From Bigelowiella natans CCMP2755 (Eukaryota; Protista; Cercozoa): 64,000 nt of DNA. The notes under the pieces are model-generated. The model was given only the letters and a program-made list of their open reading frames with translations. It was not told the DNA's origin and did not search any database. Positions 10,413-20,684 of the stretch are shown here, in pieces (position 1 is the first letter of the stretch; the number at the start of each line of letters is the position of its first letter). Both the position numbers and the translations under genes were made by a program. The stretch covers positions 165,520 to 229,519 of the forward strand of contig ADNK01000550.1 of assembly GCA_000320545.1 (NCBI GenBank). Direction: 5' to 3'.

Positions 10413-11211
10413 ATGCCCTCCCCCATCAAGAAGCGCCGAATCGATGCTGTCCGTGAAAAGGATCGAGACGACGATACCAAGGACTCTGTGGATGATCTTA
10501 ATCGGACCATTTCGGACCTCAACAGAACAATCATGGACAAAGTCTTTGATTTGGAGGACAAAAACAAGAAAATAAAGTCAATGCAGATCATCATCGACAA
10601 TCTAAAAGACTACGTGAGGCTGTTGGAGAACGTGAAGAAGCCAGGGGAAGCTGTCAAGAGCACCAGCCCGTGCAATTCGAACAGTGAAGAGTCCGATTGC
10701 AGTGGTGAGATAGACCCTGATGATTTCGAGCAAAATGACATTTCGCACGTGGACTTTGAGGACGATGACTCTGAGGAAGAAAGCAAAGGCAACAACAGCG
10801 TCTCTGAGAGTTTGGCGAACATTGTCCAAAACTACAACTATGCAATGGACCCTGAAGATATCCGTGGTTTCGAGCACCTGAAACATTACCGGCCATTGGA
10901 TGTGTTGCAAGATTTCCTGGACTTTGATTCCAAAATCGAGAAGTTGATGGAAACGAACGATTTAGAGAAGAAGGAAAAAATGGAGAAACTTGAGAGCATC
11001 CTCAAATTTAATGAGCAGATTTTGACAGTGATTCATGATGACCTTTTGGGTTTTGGGTTTAACCACAATTGTGTTCATTGGAGTGAGGTGTATCTGCGCC
11101 TCACAGGGTCAGTCAGTCCATGCTTGGAAGACGTCTCTGATTCTTTCAATGTGCTCTTGCTCAAAGTGAACATCATCACATTCAAATGCAAGAAACTGGC
11201 TGGTCTCCTCA
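10413..11211 (+). pseudogene. 5' part of the D5-like helicase gene interrupted by LTR element copy 1
   Basis: The ORF runs into the LTR at 11212. Removing 11212..16329 (element plus one TSD copy, CTCA) joins ...KLAGLL to KKTERVDLY... in frame: 799+725=1524 nt, a 507-aa ORF. Confidence 0.8.
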
Positions 11212-11537
11212 TGTTGCGCGTAAGGTGTTCACAGGCCGAGGCGCTACGTGCACAAGTAGGCAGGGGGGGGGAAAGGCACGTTTGCTTCCTTTTGAAGAGT
11301 TGTGTTTATTTTTATTAAAGATTATATTTTTATTAAATCGTGCACTGCGTAATCATTCGCGAAGCTTTCGCGAATGCCGCCGCACGTGGGGCAGCACACT
11401 TCCGGTGTGCTGCCATGAGTCCCGCCGGAACCCACGTGCCTATGCTGTATTAATATCTACGTTATCTATATTCTATATCCGCGACAACCCCTTTGTTGTC
11501 GCACGTGACTTGTGCCCGCGTAGTGGTACGCGCTACA
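11212..11537 (-). repeat. 3' LTR of copy 1 (326 bp)
   Basis: TG...CA termini; identical by eye to the five other full LTRs. Confidence 0.95.
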
Positions 11538-11588
11538 CCTCCCCCAAGTCACGTTGCTCCTTCCTTCCTTCCTTATTCCCTTAGACCT

Positions 11589-14500
11589 TCATCGCTTTCG
11601 GAACTTCACCAACCACCAGGTAATAGATTCCTCTCTAACCTTATCTCCTTTGTCGCTTACCCAGAACTCACCTTCGTCCTTAGGTTCGTGTCCATACCAG
11701 CCCTCTGCATCAAGGTCCCCCAGGACCTTATACCAGTGCTCAAAGGGTAAGTCGGGAACAGCTAGGTAGAGTAGCTGATATTTTCCGTCCTTTATTTTCA
11801 TAGCTACCCTCTCCATATTTCGTAATCCAGGGTAGCCTAGATAGACAATCTTCATGCGCCAATCGTCGTTCACCCTGACCTTATTGTTTCCATATTCCAC
11901 ATCGAACTTAGGTCGGGGTCCTAAACAAGGCATTGCTCGCTCCCACACAGTAGGGTTTACTTTAACATCCTCTAGGAGCTTCTCACCGATATCATAATTC
12001 TTTAGGTGACTGATGTGGCGCAAGGTGACCCTGTTCCCATCATAGATGTAGTACTGCTTCCTCCCCTTCCTCTCGGTAACCTTTGCAACGCCACCCCAGA
12101 AGGGGTCTTGTTTATTTCTCGATCTCAGATTTACCTTGGCCCTAACATACTGTCCTTCCTTTAGAACTCGGCCATCGTACGGGACCTTCTCGTCTTCGCT
12201 CTCGGTATCGTCGTCGTTGTCGTCGCCTTCTTCCCTCTCCTTATCCTTGATACCTCCCCCAGACGTGAAGGTGTCGTTTACTAACCCTTGTATCTTGTCT
12301 GGTGTGGTGCTATTTATCCTGCTTAGGTTGGCCAAGGTGCGGTGGAGTCGCTCTACCTTGGAGTTGGACTGGGCATAGTATACAGGTGAGGCATCAATAT
12401 TAGGGTGTGGTAGCTGTAGAAGAGAGGTCTCATTATCCACATGTAACTTCTTTGGTATCTTGTTTATGCTAACTTCATCAGGGATAGCCTGGAGCTCAGA
12501 CTCCCAGGTACGGTAGCAGTTAGTAAGCCTCTGCTTATATAAGCCTTTGTTCTTCTTAGCAACGTTGACCTTGATAATCTTTTTAACCCAGCACTTTCCA
12601 GTGGCCACATCAACGAAGGTAAGGTAGTGATAGCCATCGTACTTATAAACATCAATTTGCACGATATCTAAGAAGTTCCTTGCTTTGATTTTCTTAGATG
12701 CACGGCTCTTGCTGGACTCCTTGGTGGCGACGCCTGCCGCCTTCAAGCTGGAGCACCTGCAGCCACGCAGGTATGTCCTTATCTCTTTTAGCTTGTAGGG
12801 CCAGTAGTAATGGTAGAGTAGAGCAGTGATATGGTTTTCTCCTACGTGTGCAGGTCCATGGGCGGTAAAGAGAAGGGCTCCCCTGGTCCGCCGTGGCACG
12901 TAGGTACGCCTAACATTATTAGTGTATACATATATCCTATCACTAAGTACCTCATGCTTGTGTTTGTATTTATCCAGGTGTTCTTGAAGGTGCTGGAGCT
13001 CCTCTGGCTCAGGCAGGAAGTCGCCGTCCTCGAAGGTAATCGCGTTAACCATAGGGGTGACCTGGGTAGGGACTTTCTTTTCGAACAGCCTGCTGAAATA
13101 GTCAGCAAGCTGCTTGTCTCCTGGTGCGTAGACCACTGTCCTCTTGTCCCTAAACTCTTCCGTGTCCGCCCTCATAGCTGCATACTCATCGTTAGGCGCT
13201 TCGAGCTTGCGGTCGATGCCTAGGAGGGGCTTGTGGTCAGTCATTAAGGTGAAGCTGGGCACCGACAGCAGGTAGTATCTTAGTTTCCTCTGCGCCTCAG
13301 TCATGGCTTTATACTCTCCTTTTGTAGGGCTGTACTTGGCCTCAGCTGCTGTGCAGGCCCTGCCCCACACCCGTATGATCTGCTGGTCTTGGGTAAGTAC
13401 AGCAGCCATACCTAGCTTAGACCAGTCTGTCCATAGGGTAGCTGGTCTAGTAGTGTCTAGCTTAGCATTCAATAGGGTGTTGCTGCATAACTTTATTAGG
13501 TTATCGAAGTGGGCATCAAGGCCAGCCTTGGCCCACACCTTAGCGAAGCTGAGGCCTACAGAGTTCTCCTTCCGGTAAGCAGTAGTAAAAGCAGCTGCAG
13601 TCCTAGCGTAGGTAGGGGAGAACCTACGTAGTATCCAAGCTGCAGTCTGCAAGAATGACTTTAACTCCTTTGCATTCTTAGGTTTAGGGGCTTGCTGTAG
13701 TGCTGCTACTTTCTCGGGGTTTGGGGTGATGCGGCCTTGCTCCAGGTAATATCCACACCACTTGATTCTTGTAGCTAGGAATGTACACTTCTGCAGTCTA
13801 ATAGTAAAACCGAAGTGTGCAAACCTAATAAATATATTTTCCAGGAGGAAGATCTGAGCGACGACTGTGTTGGTACATATTATGTCATCATCCACATACA
13901 CAAACACAAACACCCACAACACAGACGCCATCCCATCATGTGTGTATGCCCTGTAGTTCTGACTACTGAACGCATCCCCTGATATGCTTAGGCCGTAAGG
14001 GAATACGACGAAGTGCCACTTCCTGTGCCTGCTGGAGAACGCGGTAATGGGGCGGGAGGTTTTGTGGATGGGTGTCTGCATGTATGATTCATTTTTATCT
14101 AGGGAAGAGTAGTATTTGTATCCTATGACGTGTTCAATAACGTCATCTATCCTTGGTGTAGGTGTCTGGATCCTCTTTATTACTCGGTTGTGGCGGATGA
14201 AGTTGTGCGCCAGGCGGAAGAAAGGGTAAGTAGGTTTCTTAGCTAGCACATGTCTCACGTTCCATGGTGAGTTGCTTGGCTCTATCTTCCCTTCCTTTGC
14301 CCATTCATTGATCTGCCACTCTATCTTTTCCCAGTCCGCTTCCGGTCGCCTATGTTCTGGGTCATTGATGATGCACTCTTCGTATCCCTTCTTTAGCTCG
14401 ATCTTTACTGGGGTAAGCTTGCTGGAGGGCTTCGTCGTCGGCTTGGTGATGTCAGAGTACTTCTCGTTTAATATTTTATTAATGTACTTTTTGCCTTTGT

Positions 14501-15557
14501 CGATATCCCAATCATCAGCTGGGGGGGTCTTGTCCAGTAGCTCCGTTATCTGTCGGATGGTCTTGCCGGGGTTCTTCTTCCGTAGCTCGGTAGGTGTAGG
14601 TAGCTTGTTGTCCGCTAGGTCCATAAACTCTAACGCATTAACGCTTGACTCAGAGGTCCACTCGTCAAGCCGTATCATGTTCTGGCTGATGGTCCTGCCT
14701 GACTTCTTTGGCAACTTAGCAAAGTATATCTTGTGATTGTAGAATGATATGATCCCCCCTAATTTTTCTAGGGCATCCTGTCCGAGGAGTAGTTCCATGG
14801 ATAAAGTCATGGCTACTCGGGTCTTGATTTGGGTCTCCGCGTCGCTGCCAGGTATCTGTAGCTTTAGCATTAGCTCACCGACGGTCTTCATGGAAGAGCT
14901 TCCGTCTGCTTGAGCATATTTACGTTCTTTCTTAGTCACTTGATCCAATAGTCCTAACCTTCTTACTGTGCTTAGGCTTATGAAGGACTTCGGCATGCTG
15001 CCACTATCCCAAAGGGCAGGTAGTTTCTTGTAGTCTCCGTAGCTGTCTTTAACTTTAACCTTGGTCATAGCAACTTTGATAGTCCTGTTAGCGTCTTCGT
15101 CATTAATGTTGCATACTCCTAAGTTCTTTATGTCGTCTAGGGTCATGGGCTTGTCTTGGTCCTGCGTTGCTGGTACTGCTGTCTTCGTCGGCGCCTGCTT
15201 AAGGTGATCTAATATTCCGTTTATCTGCTGCTGTATAGCATTGATACTGTTCTGCTTTTTGTTCTTATATTTATTGTTCTTCCCGTTGTTGCTGCCTTGC
15301 CATTTGCTGTTGTTATATCCTTGTCCTCTGCCTTTCTTTCTCTTTAACTTCTCGTAGTGTTCGTTGAGCTGCCTGATCGTCATCCTGGGTCGTCCTTCTT
15401 TCCTGTCTCTGCAGTCTTTAGCGGTGTGTTTCCCTTTACGTGAGCAGTATCCGCAACGTCGGTTACCTTCCCTGTCCTTGTACCAGTCTCGCTGCGGCTT
15501 AATAGCGTTAATGTTTCCTATGCCAGGTACCTTAGGGCTGGTAAACTTGGAAGCCAA
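11589..15557 (-). CDS. Gag C-terminus/Pol polyprotein (zinc knuckle, aspartic protease, RT, RNase H, integrase, C-terminal extra domain)
   Basis: CGYCSRKGKHTAKDC knuckle; LWDSGS protease; FPYGLS and YVDDD RT motifs; WTDWS and TDHKPL RNase H; H..H/YYWP/CRC zinc finger with QIDV, HVDNE and KVERLH integrase motifs. The first three residues (MAS) derive from the rearranged PBS. Confidence 0.93.
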   Translation of the reverse strand: MASKFTSPKVPGIGNINAIKPQRDWYKDREGNRRCGYCSRKGKHTAKDCRDRKEGRPRMTIRQLNEHYEKLKRKKGRGQGYNNSKWQGSNNGKNNKYKNKKQNSINAIQQQINGILDHLKQAPTKTAVPATQDQDKPMTLDDIKNLGVCNINDEDANRTIKVAMTKVKVKDSYGDYKKLPALWDSGSMPKSFISLSTVRRLGLLDQVTKKERKYAQADGSSSMKTVGELMLKLQIPGSDAETQIKTRVAMTLSMELLLGQDALEKLGGIISFYNHKIYFAKLPKKSGRTISQNMIRLDEWTSESSVNALEFMDLADNKLPTPTELRKKNPGKTIRQITELLDKTPPADDWDIDKGKKYINKILNEKYSDITKPTTKPSSKLTPVKIELKKGYEECIINDPEHRRPEADWEKIEWQINEWAKEGKIEPSNSPWNVRHVLAKKPTYPFFRLAHNFIRHNRVIKRIQTPTPRIDDVIEHVIGYKYYSSLDKNESYMQTPIHKTSRPITAFSSRHRKWHFVVFPYGLSISGDAFSSQNYRAYTHDGMASVLWVFVFVYVDDDIICTNTVVAQIFLLENIFIRFAHFGFTIRLQKCTFLATRIKWCGYYLEQGRITPNPEKVAALQQAPKPKNAKELKSFLQTAAWILRRFSPTYARTAAAFTTAYRKENSVGLSFAKVWAKAGLDAHFDNLIKLCSNTLLNAKLDTTRPATLWTDWSKLGMAAVLTQDQQIIRVWGRACTAAEAKYSPTKGEYKAMTEAQRKLRYYLLSVPSFTLMTDHKPLLGIDRKLEAPNDEYAAMRADTEEFRDKRTVVYAPGDKQLADYFSRLFEKKVPTQVTPMVNAITFEDGDFLPEPEELQHLQEHLDKYKHKHEVLSDRIYVYTNNVRRTYVPRRTRGALLFTAHGPAHVGENHITALLYHYYWPYKLKEIRTYLRGCRCSSLKAAGVATKESSKSRASKKIKARNFLDIVQIDVYKYDGYHYLTFVDVATGKCWVKKIIKVNVAKKNKGLYKQRLTNCYRTWESELQAIPDEVSINKIPKKLHVDNETSLLQLPHPNIDASPVYYAQSNSKVERLHRTLANLSRINSTTPDKIQGLVNDTFTSGGGIKDKEREEGDDNDDDTESEDEKVPYDGRVLKEGQYVRAKVNLRSRNKQDPFWGGVAKVTERKGRKQYYIYDGNRVTLRHISHLKNYDIGEKLLEDVKVNPTVWERAMPCLGPRPKFDVEYGNNKVRVNDDWRMKIVYLGYPGLRNMERVAMKIKDGKYQLLYLAVPDLPFEHWYKVLGDLDAEGWYGHEPKDEGEFWVSDKGDKVREESITWWLVKFRKR

Positions 15558-15561
15558 AGGT

Positions 15562-15798
15562 TGTTGCGCGTAAGGTGTTCACAGGCCGAGGCGCTACGTG
15601 CACAAGTAGGCAGGGGGGGGGAAAGGCACGTTTGCTTCCTTTTGAAGAGTTGTGTTTATTTTTATTAAAGATTATATTTTTATTAAATCGTGCACTGCGT
15701 AATCATTCGCGAAGCTTTCGCGAATGCCGCCGCACGTGGGGCAGCACACTTCCGGTGTGCTGCCATGAGTCCCGCCGGAACCCACGTGCCTATGCTGT
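15562..15798 (-). repeat. Internal partial LTR (3' ~237 bp of the LTR in element orientation) inside copy 1
   Basis: Matches the LTR from TGTTGCGCG to TATGCTGT, then switches to gag sequence. Confidence 0.9.
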
Positions 15799-15999
15799 TG
15801 CATCTGCTTTCTTAATCCCGGGTGCTGGTCCCGGCGGTGCCTGTGGAGGTGTTCCTCCTCCTTCCTTAGCGTCCGTATCGCCCTTCCTTTCCTGTTTCTG
15901 CTCGTGCCCTTGCACGGCCTGCGAGCCAAAGTCCTGCTGTTCTTCTAGCTGCTGTGACATTGTTAGTCAAATCGTTTCCCGTGTGTGGAAGCCAAAGGT

Positions 16000-16325
16000 T
16001 GTTGCGCGTAAGGTGTTCACAGGCCGAGGCGCTACGTGCACAAGTAGGCAGGGGGGGGGAAAGGCACGTTTGCTTCCTTTTGAAGAGTTGTGTTTATTTT
16101 TATTAAAGATTATATTTTTATTAAATCGTGCACTGCGTAATCATTCGCGAAGCTTTCGCGAATGCCGCCGCACGTGGGGCAGCACACTTCCGGTGTGCTG
16201 CCATGAGTCCCGCCGGAACCCACGTGCCTATGCTGTATTAATATCTACGTTATCTATATTCTATATCCGCGACAACCCCTTTGTTGTCGCACGTGACTTG
16301 TGCCCGCGTAGTGGTACGCGCTACA
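16000..16325 (-). repeat. 5' LTR of copy 1 (326 bp)
   Basis: Followed in element orientation by ACCTT-TGGCTTCCACACACGGG (putative PBS) and the gag ATG. Confidence 0.95.
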
Positions 16326-16329
16326 CTCA

Positions 16330-17054
16330 AGAAAACCGAAAGAGTGGATTTGTATCAAAGCATATCGTACAAAATCCACGCGTACGTCAAACTCCTTGAA
16401 ATGTGTTACATCCACACGCACAGAATCAACATCATGTATCTAGAGGACACTGGTTTGGCAAAAATCATGGAAACAGGGGTCATGTCAGGCCACCCAGTGT
16501 GCGAGTTTCAAGAAAGAGCATGCAACCTCAACATAGAAACCACACACGTGGCAACGCCGAATGCGTCTGACGTGGTTGCGTACACTGTCAAACTCATGTC
16601 GATGAAAGGCTTGGTCCACGACAACGAGCACGTGTTAAAAGTCGACAATGGAATCGCTGAGTATTACACTGGAAAAAAGAAAAACGGATACAACAAAACG
16701 CTGAGGCAGGTTGAGGATGGCAAGGTCACGCTCACCGAATTCGTTTACAATGAGGTGATGTCGAGAATGGGGGGCATGAACAGCAGAGTGAACCCAGAGG
16801 ATGTTGTCAAAAAGTACCTGACGAAATTGAGGAATGCCGGGATCACTCTGAAACGCAATTTGACTTCCTTTTCGACCAAGAATCTCACATTTGACTGTCT
16901 GACTTTGTCTTTGCGGATGCGAAGTCATAGGGGGTATTTCGATCGACTACAGAAAGGAACAGTCGGTAATGCAAAATGCCACAAAAAACAAAAAACAAAA
17001 AACAGCATGCTGATCTTCATGTCCCCTTTCTTTGCAATCAGGAACGCCGTATGA
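16330..17054 (+). pseudogene. Middle part of the interrupted helicase gene (D5_N-like region)
   Basis: In frame with 10413..11211 after element removal; SFSTKNLTFDCLTLSLR loosely resembles the L.F.NG..DL.T..FR motif of D5_N domains. Confidence 0.65.
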
Positions 17055-19134
17055 CACCAGTGTGAGGAGTGAGAAAGAGCTTTGGAAGAATTTTTGGGAC
17101 CTCGACATCTTTGTGCCGAACGGCGAGCACACAAAGGTGTTGTATGATGACAACTTTTTCATCAAGATCAATCGTGACCAGTTGGGAAACAAGGCTAAGC
17201 GTGGCACGTGGTTTCAAAACGAGTATTTCCCAGACCCCACTGATGTCAAGTATGAGGACAGTTATTTGCACAATGAAGAGGCCTCGCGAAGCACCTACAA
17301 CCCGTCATTGACCATGTACCACATAATCGCAAAGACAGTGTACGCCGGCCTTGTGAAAACAAAGTACATGGAAAATGTTGGCGTGTACTTTTGGAGAGTG
17401 GGAGACGCAGGCACCGGGAAATCAACTTATCTGCAAATGATGAAACACATCTTGAGTGGAACTGGACCGGAACAAGTCATGAGCATGAGCTCCCATGACG
17501 GTGAAACCGCTTCGAACTTCAGTTTTGCCAGAATAGCCAAACACAACGGCGGTTACTACAGGGCGGTGCACTGCGAGGAGGCACAAAACATAAAATTGAA
17601 CGTTCGGCAAATCGTGTTTGCATCGATGTCAAACGCACCAATCACCACGGCTGGGAAGCACCAGCAGGCCACGGAGCAACGGTTAAACATTGCGTGGGAA
17701 TTTAACAGCAACGCGACGGTTGCGACCGTGATGAACCAGGGCTCCATTGCTGCAAATTGCCGCCGCGTGCAACTCTTCGAGCACAACGCCAAGAACATGC
17801 AAAAGAAAGACGAATCTAACATGACAACGTGGATAAACAACAAGGTGCTTCACAGTCTGATGGCAATTGCTATCTCCTACACCAGCTGCATGTTTGTCAT
17901 GGAAGGCAAGAATTTCTTGAAGGACACTTTGCAGCAGATGAGCGAGTCAGAAAAATTCAAACATTTGAGCAAGAAAACCAAAATGTTCGCGTTTGTTGAA
18001 TCGGGATATTTCGTCAAAAAAGAACACGGTCTTGTCCCATACAGCGTGTTCAAAAAAGCTTATGACCATTTCAAATACCCGCCGGTAAAAGGGAATGTGT
18101 ACCAATTGTACAACGAGAAACAGGACAGTGGCAAGGTTCTAGAGAAGATATGGGGCATAAAGGTTCTGAACGTCTTGAATGTCCCCAAAGAATGCAAAGG
18201 CGTACAAAAATCCAGGGGAAGGTCTTTGAAAGGGGTTTTCCTTCCGGTGTTCAACGACTGTGCTTACAAGGAACCAAGTGAGTTTTACCGAAGTAACAGA
18301 CCGGTGTACAACTCCACAGGTTCCGCTGAAACCAAACTTCGGGGTTCAGACACCGACATTACAGACAGGTACATCATTGGCGTCGAGGCTTCACCAGATG
18401 CCTTGAAGAATTATCATGGATTAAACTTCACCAATTACAACAAAAAATTGTCGCTGTGTGATGCAATGGTCCAAAAAAACGAAAGTGAGGTGACATATTC
18501 ATTGGTTGAATTGCAGCAGTTAAACGATGATGCAGCTTTTGACAACATCAATGGAGACGTGTTGGATGAAACGGAAAAGGATCGCTTGAGAACAGTTCTT
18601 CATTTGATCAATGCTTCCACTGCGATGAAGGAAAAAAGACAAAAAATGGAGGAAAAAATCCAAACAATGGAGCAAAAGGTCCCCACAAAATTTCACCAGC
18701 GCAAATTCTGTGGATGGCCGTTGTGGGTGCTCCGAAAAAAAGGCCTTTTGGACAAGATGCTCACGGAAACCGAAGAAGGATCCAAAAAGTTCAAACCAGT
18801 GACCAGGAACGTGGGTCGTGGACTTCAGCACCAGGAAAAGGTTGTGTTGGACTGGCTGGAAACCTACATGAACATCGATTCAAGCAATGGCAAAGCGCGT
18901 TTCAGTTTCAACAAGGACAAGGCAACAACTGCAAAGTTCAACGACATCATCTCACACATCAACAACATCACATGTGTCTTGGTGTCCCGATTCCACGATC
19001 GTTTGCACTATGACAAGAGAATTTGTGACAACGACGAAAACAAAGCACATTTTGAGGAACTCTTAGACAAGACTAGCAAGTATTATCAATTGATTGAAAA
19101 GACGTGCTCGAAACGCAACATGGAAAGACAGTGA
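17032..19134 (+). CDS. D5-like superfamily 3 helicase domain protein (probably the 3' part of a larger gene)
   Basis: Walker A GDAGTGKST (nt 17401-17427), Walker B AVHCEEA and motif C WEFNSN. The ORF starts at a TTG and overlaps the preceding ORF by 23 nt in another frame. Confidence 0.85.
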   Translation: MQSGTPYDTSVRSEKELWKNFWDLDIFVPNGEHTKVLYDDNFFIKINRDQLGNKAKRGTWFQNEYFPDPTDVKYEDSYLHNEEASRSTYNPSLTMYHIIAKTVYAGLVKTKYMENVGVYFWRVGDAGTGKSTYLQMMKHILSGTGPEQVMSMSSHDGETASNFSFARIAKHNGGYYRAVHCEEAQNIKLNVRQIVFASMSNAPITTAGKHQQATEQRLNIAWEFNSNATVATVMNQGSIAANCRRVQLFEHNAKNMQKKDESNMTTWINNKVLHSLMAIAISYTSCMFVMEGKNFLKDTLQQMSESEKFKHLSKKTKMFAFVESGYFVKKEHGLVPYSVFKKAYDHFKYPPVKGNVYQLYNEKQDSGKVLEKIWGIKVLNVLNVPKECKGVQKSRGRSLKGVFLPVFNDCAYKEPSEFYRSNRPVYNSTGSAETKLRGSDTDITDRYIIGVEASPDALKNYHGLNFTNYNKKLSLCDAMVQKNESEVTYSLVELQQLNDDAAFDNINGDVLDETEKDRLRTVLHLINASTAMKEKRQKMEEKIQTMEQKVPTKFHQRKFCGWPLWVLRKKGLLDKMLTETEEGSKKFKPVTRNVGRGLQHQEKVVLDWLETYMNIDSSNGKARFSFNKDKATTAKFNDIISHINNITCVLVSRFHDRLHYDKRICDNDENKAHFEELLDKTSKYYQLIEKTCSKRNMERQ

Positions 19135-19235
19135 ATTTGCAGACTTGAACATGCTCTTGTGTTCAAAATGACACCGTTAAAAACATTGCGCGCATCAACA
19201 TGTTGGCGCTTTGAATTTCTGATGTTAGTCACATT

Positions 19236-19357
19236 GGCGCCATGCACGAGGCAGCGACGCGCCATTGATGCCAAGTCGCTAAAAACGACGCCAAGGCGAT
19301 TCTGCGCAATTTGAAGTCGGGCCGCGCCGCGCTGCCAAGTGGCACATGATGGCAATG
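19236..19357. repeat. Intergenic repeat B, copy 1 (GC-rich, ~120 bp)
   Basis: GCACGAGGCAGCGACGCGCCATTGATGCCAAG...AAAACGACGCCAAGGCG...GGCAATG; also found at 20511, 21424 and inverted at 23014. Confidence 0.85.
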
Positions 19358-19432
19358 GAGTTCACAAAAATCATGTTGAGATGTTGTTGAAATTTTGAGG
19401 AACATTCAGGCACCGAATGATCTAGTTTTCTT

Positions 19433-20260
19433 CTAGTGTTCTTTGACTACTTCCATGCCCATTTGCAAAAACGCAAATCTGAATTTTTGCATCATTGCCT
19501 GGTGGCAATCTGTCTCGTTCTTCAATTTCTTCACAAGATGTTCCAAATGATCGTTCAGAAACATGGAATCCATTTTCATGATGTTGTTCAGTTTCTCATA
19601 CTCTGCATGAATGACTCGGAACTCTTTTGCCGCCCGATCGCGGAGATAGAGAACATCTTTTGCAAGTTCTTTGACATCATCTTCGTTGTGATAACCAAAA
19701 TGAACGAACAATTCTTGGCATCTTTCTAGTGAGATTTCTTGGAAACCACAAATGCTGTTTTTCAACGATTTGAGATGGAATTCTGTCGTGAAACCTCCCC
19801 TGCCGTCGTCAAGGCTCCGGATGATGTCGTAGACGTTTTCGTGGAGCGTGCCCATGTGATTGCCGTACGTCCATTTGAGAGGCATGAGCCATCTGCAAGG
19901 GTTTTCCGTGGTCCAGAAGAATTTTGCAACTGTGGACATGTCTCTGATTAGCCGACAGAGAATCCGGTGTGGGGCTTGAAAATTTCCAGGAGTTTTGAAG
20001 TCCGTCCGCGAGAATCTGGGAATGGTTTTTTGCCGGAACAATGCATCCCGTCTCTTCGCTCTTTCAACAGTTTTCCAATTATCGGGCGTTTTGTTCTGGT
20101 CCTTGAAGGCTTCGAAAATTTCTTCAAAGTCAGGGACGTCAGTTCTTTTTGATTCCAATAGAGTGTCTCTGTTCTGTCTCTGGATTTTCCGAAGTTTCTC
20201 GCGTCGTCGCTTCTTTTCTGGACTCTTTTTTCGATTTTTGACTGAACCTTTGATTGGCAT
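19433..20260 (-). CDS. Hypothetical protein (~275 aa from ATG 20260), basic N-terminus, coiled-coil C-terminus
   Basis: Part of ORF 19433..20395; the ATG of MPIKGSVKNRKK lies 47 nt downstream of repeat A. Confidence 0.7.
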   Translation of the reverse strand: MPIKGSVKNRKKSPEKKRRREKLRKIQRQNRDTLLESKRTDVPDFEEIFEAFKDQNKTPDNWKTVERAKRRDALFRQKTIPRFSRTDFKTPGNFQAPHRILCRLIRDMSTVAKFFWTTENPCRWLMPLKWTYGNHMGTLHENVYDIIRSLDDGRGGFTTEFHLKSLKNSICGFQEISLERCQELFVHFGYHNEDDVKELAKDVLYLRDRAAKEFRVIHAEYEKLNNIMKMDSMFLNDHLEHLVKKLKNETDCHQAMMQKFRFAFLQMGMEVVKEH

Positions 20261-20306
20261 GGCTCTGATTTCTTGCTTTGAGGGTTTGATTTGTGGCTCC
20301 GAGGCT

Positions 20307-20370
20307 ATTTGGATTCTGATGAGAATGAGGAAGTGAGAAGGTGAGGATCGAGGCTCGGAGATTGCACGGG
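20307..20370 (-). promoter_or_regulatory. Repeat A copy 1: 64-bp putative promoter/5'UTR core
   Basis: 63/64 identical to the copies at 21244-21307 and 23280-23343; always 31-47 nt upstream of an ATG and preceded by CACGTG boxes. Confidence 0.7.
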
Positions 20371-20510
20371 ATGGCCATGTGGCTTTTTGGGCCATGCCAC
20401 GTGACCCTCACAATTTGAAATTTTCAATTTTGGAAGCCACGTGGCCCTCTCGTCAGAACGAAGTACAAAGGAAAAAAAACAAAGACAAAGGAGGTGGTTT
20501 GTTCGTTTTG

Positions 20511-20654
20511 CGCCATGCACGGGGCAGCGACGCGCCATTGATGCCAAGCCATTCAAAACGACGCCAAGGCGATTCCGCGCAATCCGAAGCCGTGCCGCGC
20601 TGCGCGGCGCCGCGCCGCGCCGCGCTGCCTGCTGAGTGGCACATGTTGGCAATG
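20511..20654. repeat. Intergenic repeat B, copy 2
   Basis: Direct similarity to 19236-19357, with an expanded GCGCC tract. Confidence 0.85.
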
Positions 20655-20684
20655 CACACCAAGTTTGTGGCAAGAAAAGCTTGT

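Larger units (their letters stand above)
11212..16325 (-). mobile_element. Ty3/Gypsy LTR retrotransposon copy 1 (rearranged gag, intact pol)
   Basis: 326-bp LTRs at 11212-11537 and 16000-16325; 4-bp TSD CTCA (11208-11211 and 16326-16329); PR-RT-RH-IN order; extra partial LTR at 15562-15798. Confidence 0.95.

Noticed and set aside
11186-11584. Recurrent ORFs beginning ARKVFTGRGATCTSRQ (also 15575, 31193, 36017, 56182, 61644)
   Set aside because: Translations of the non-coding LTR; identical only because the LTRs are identical.
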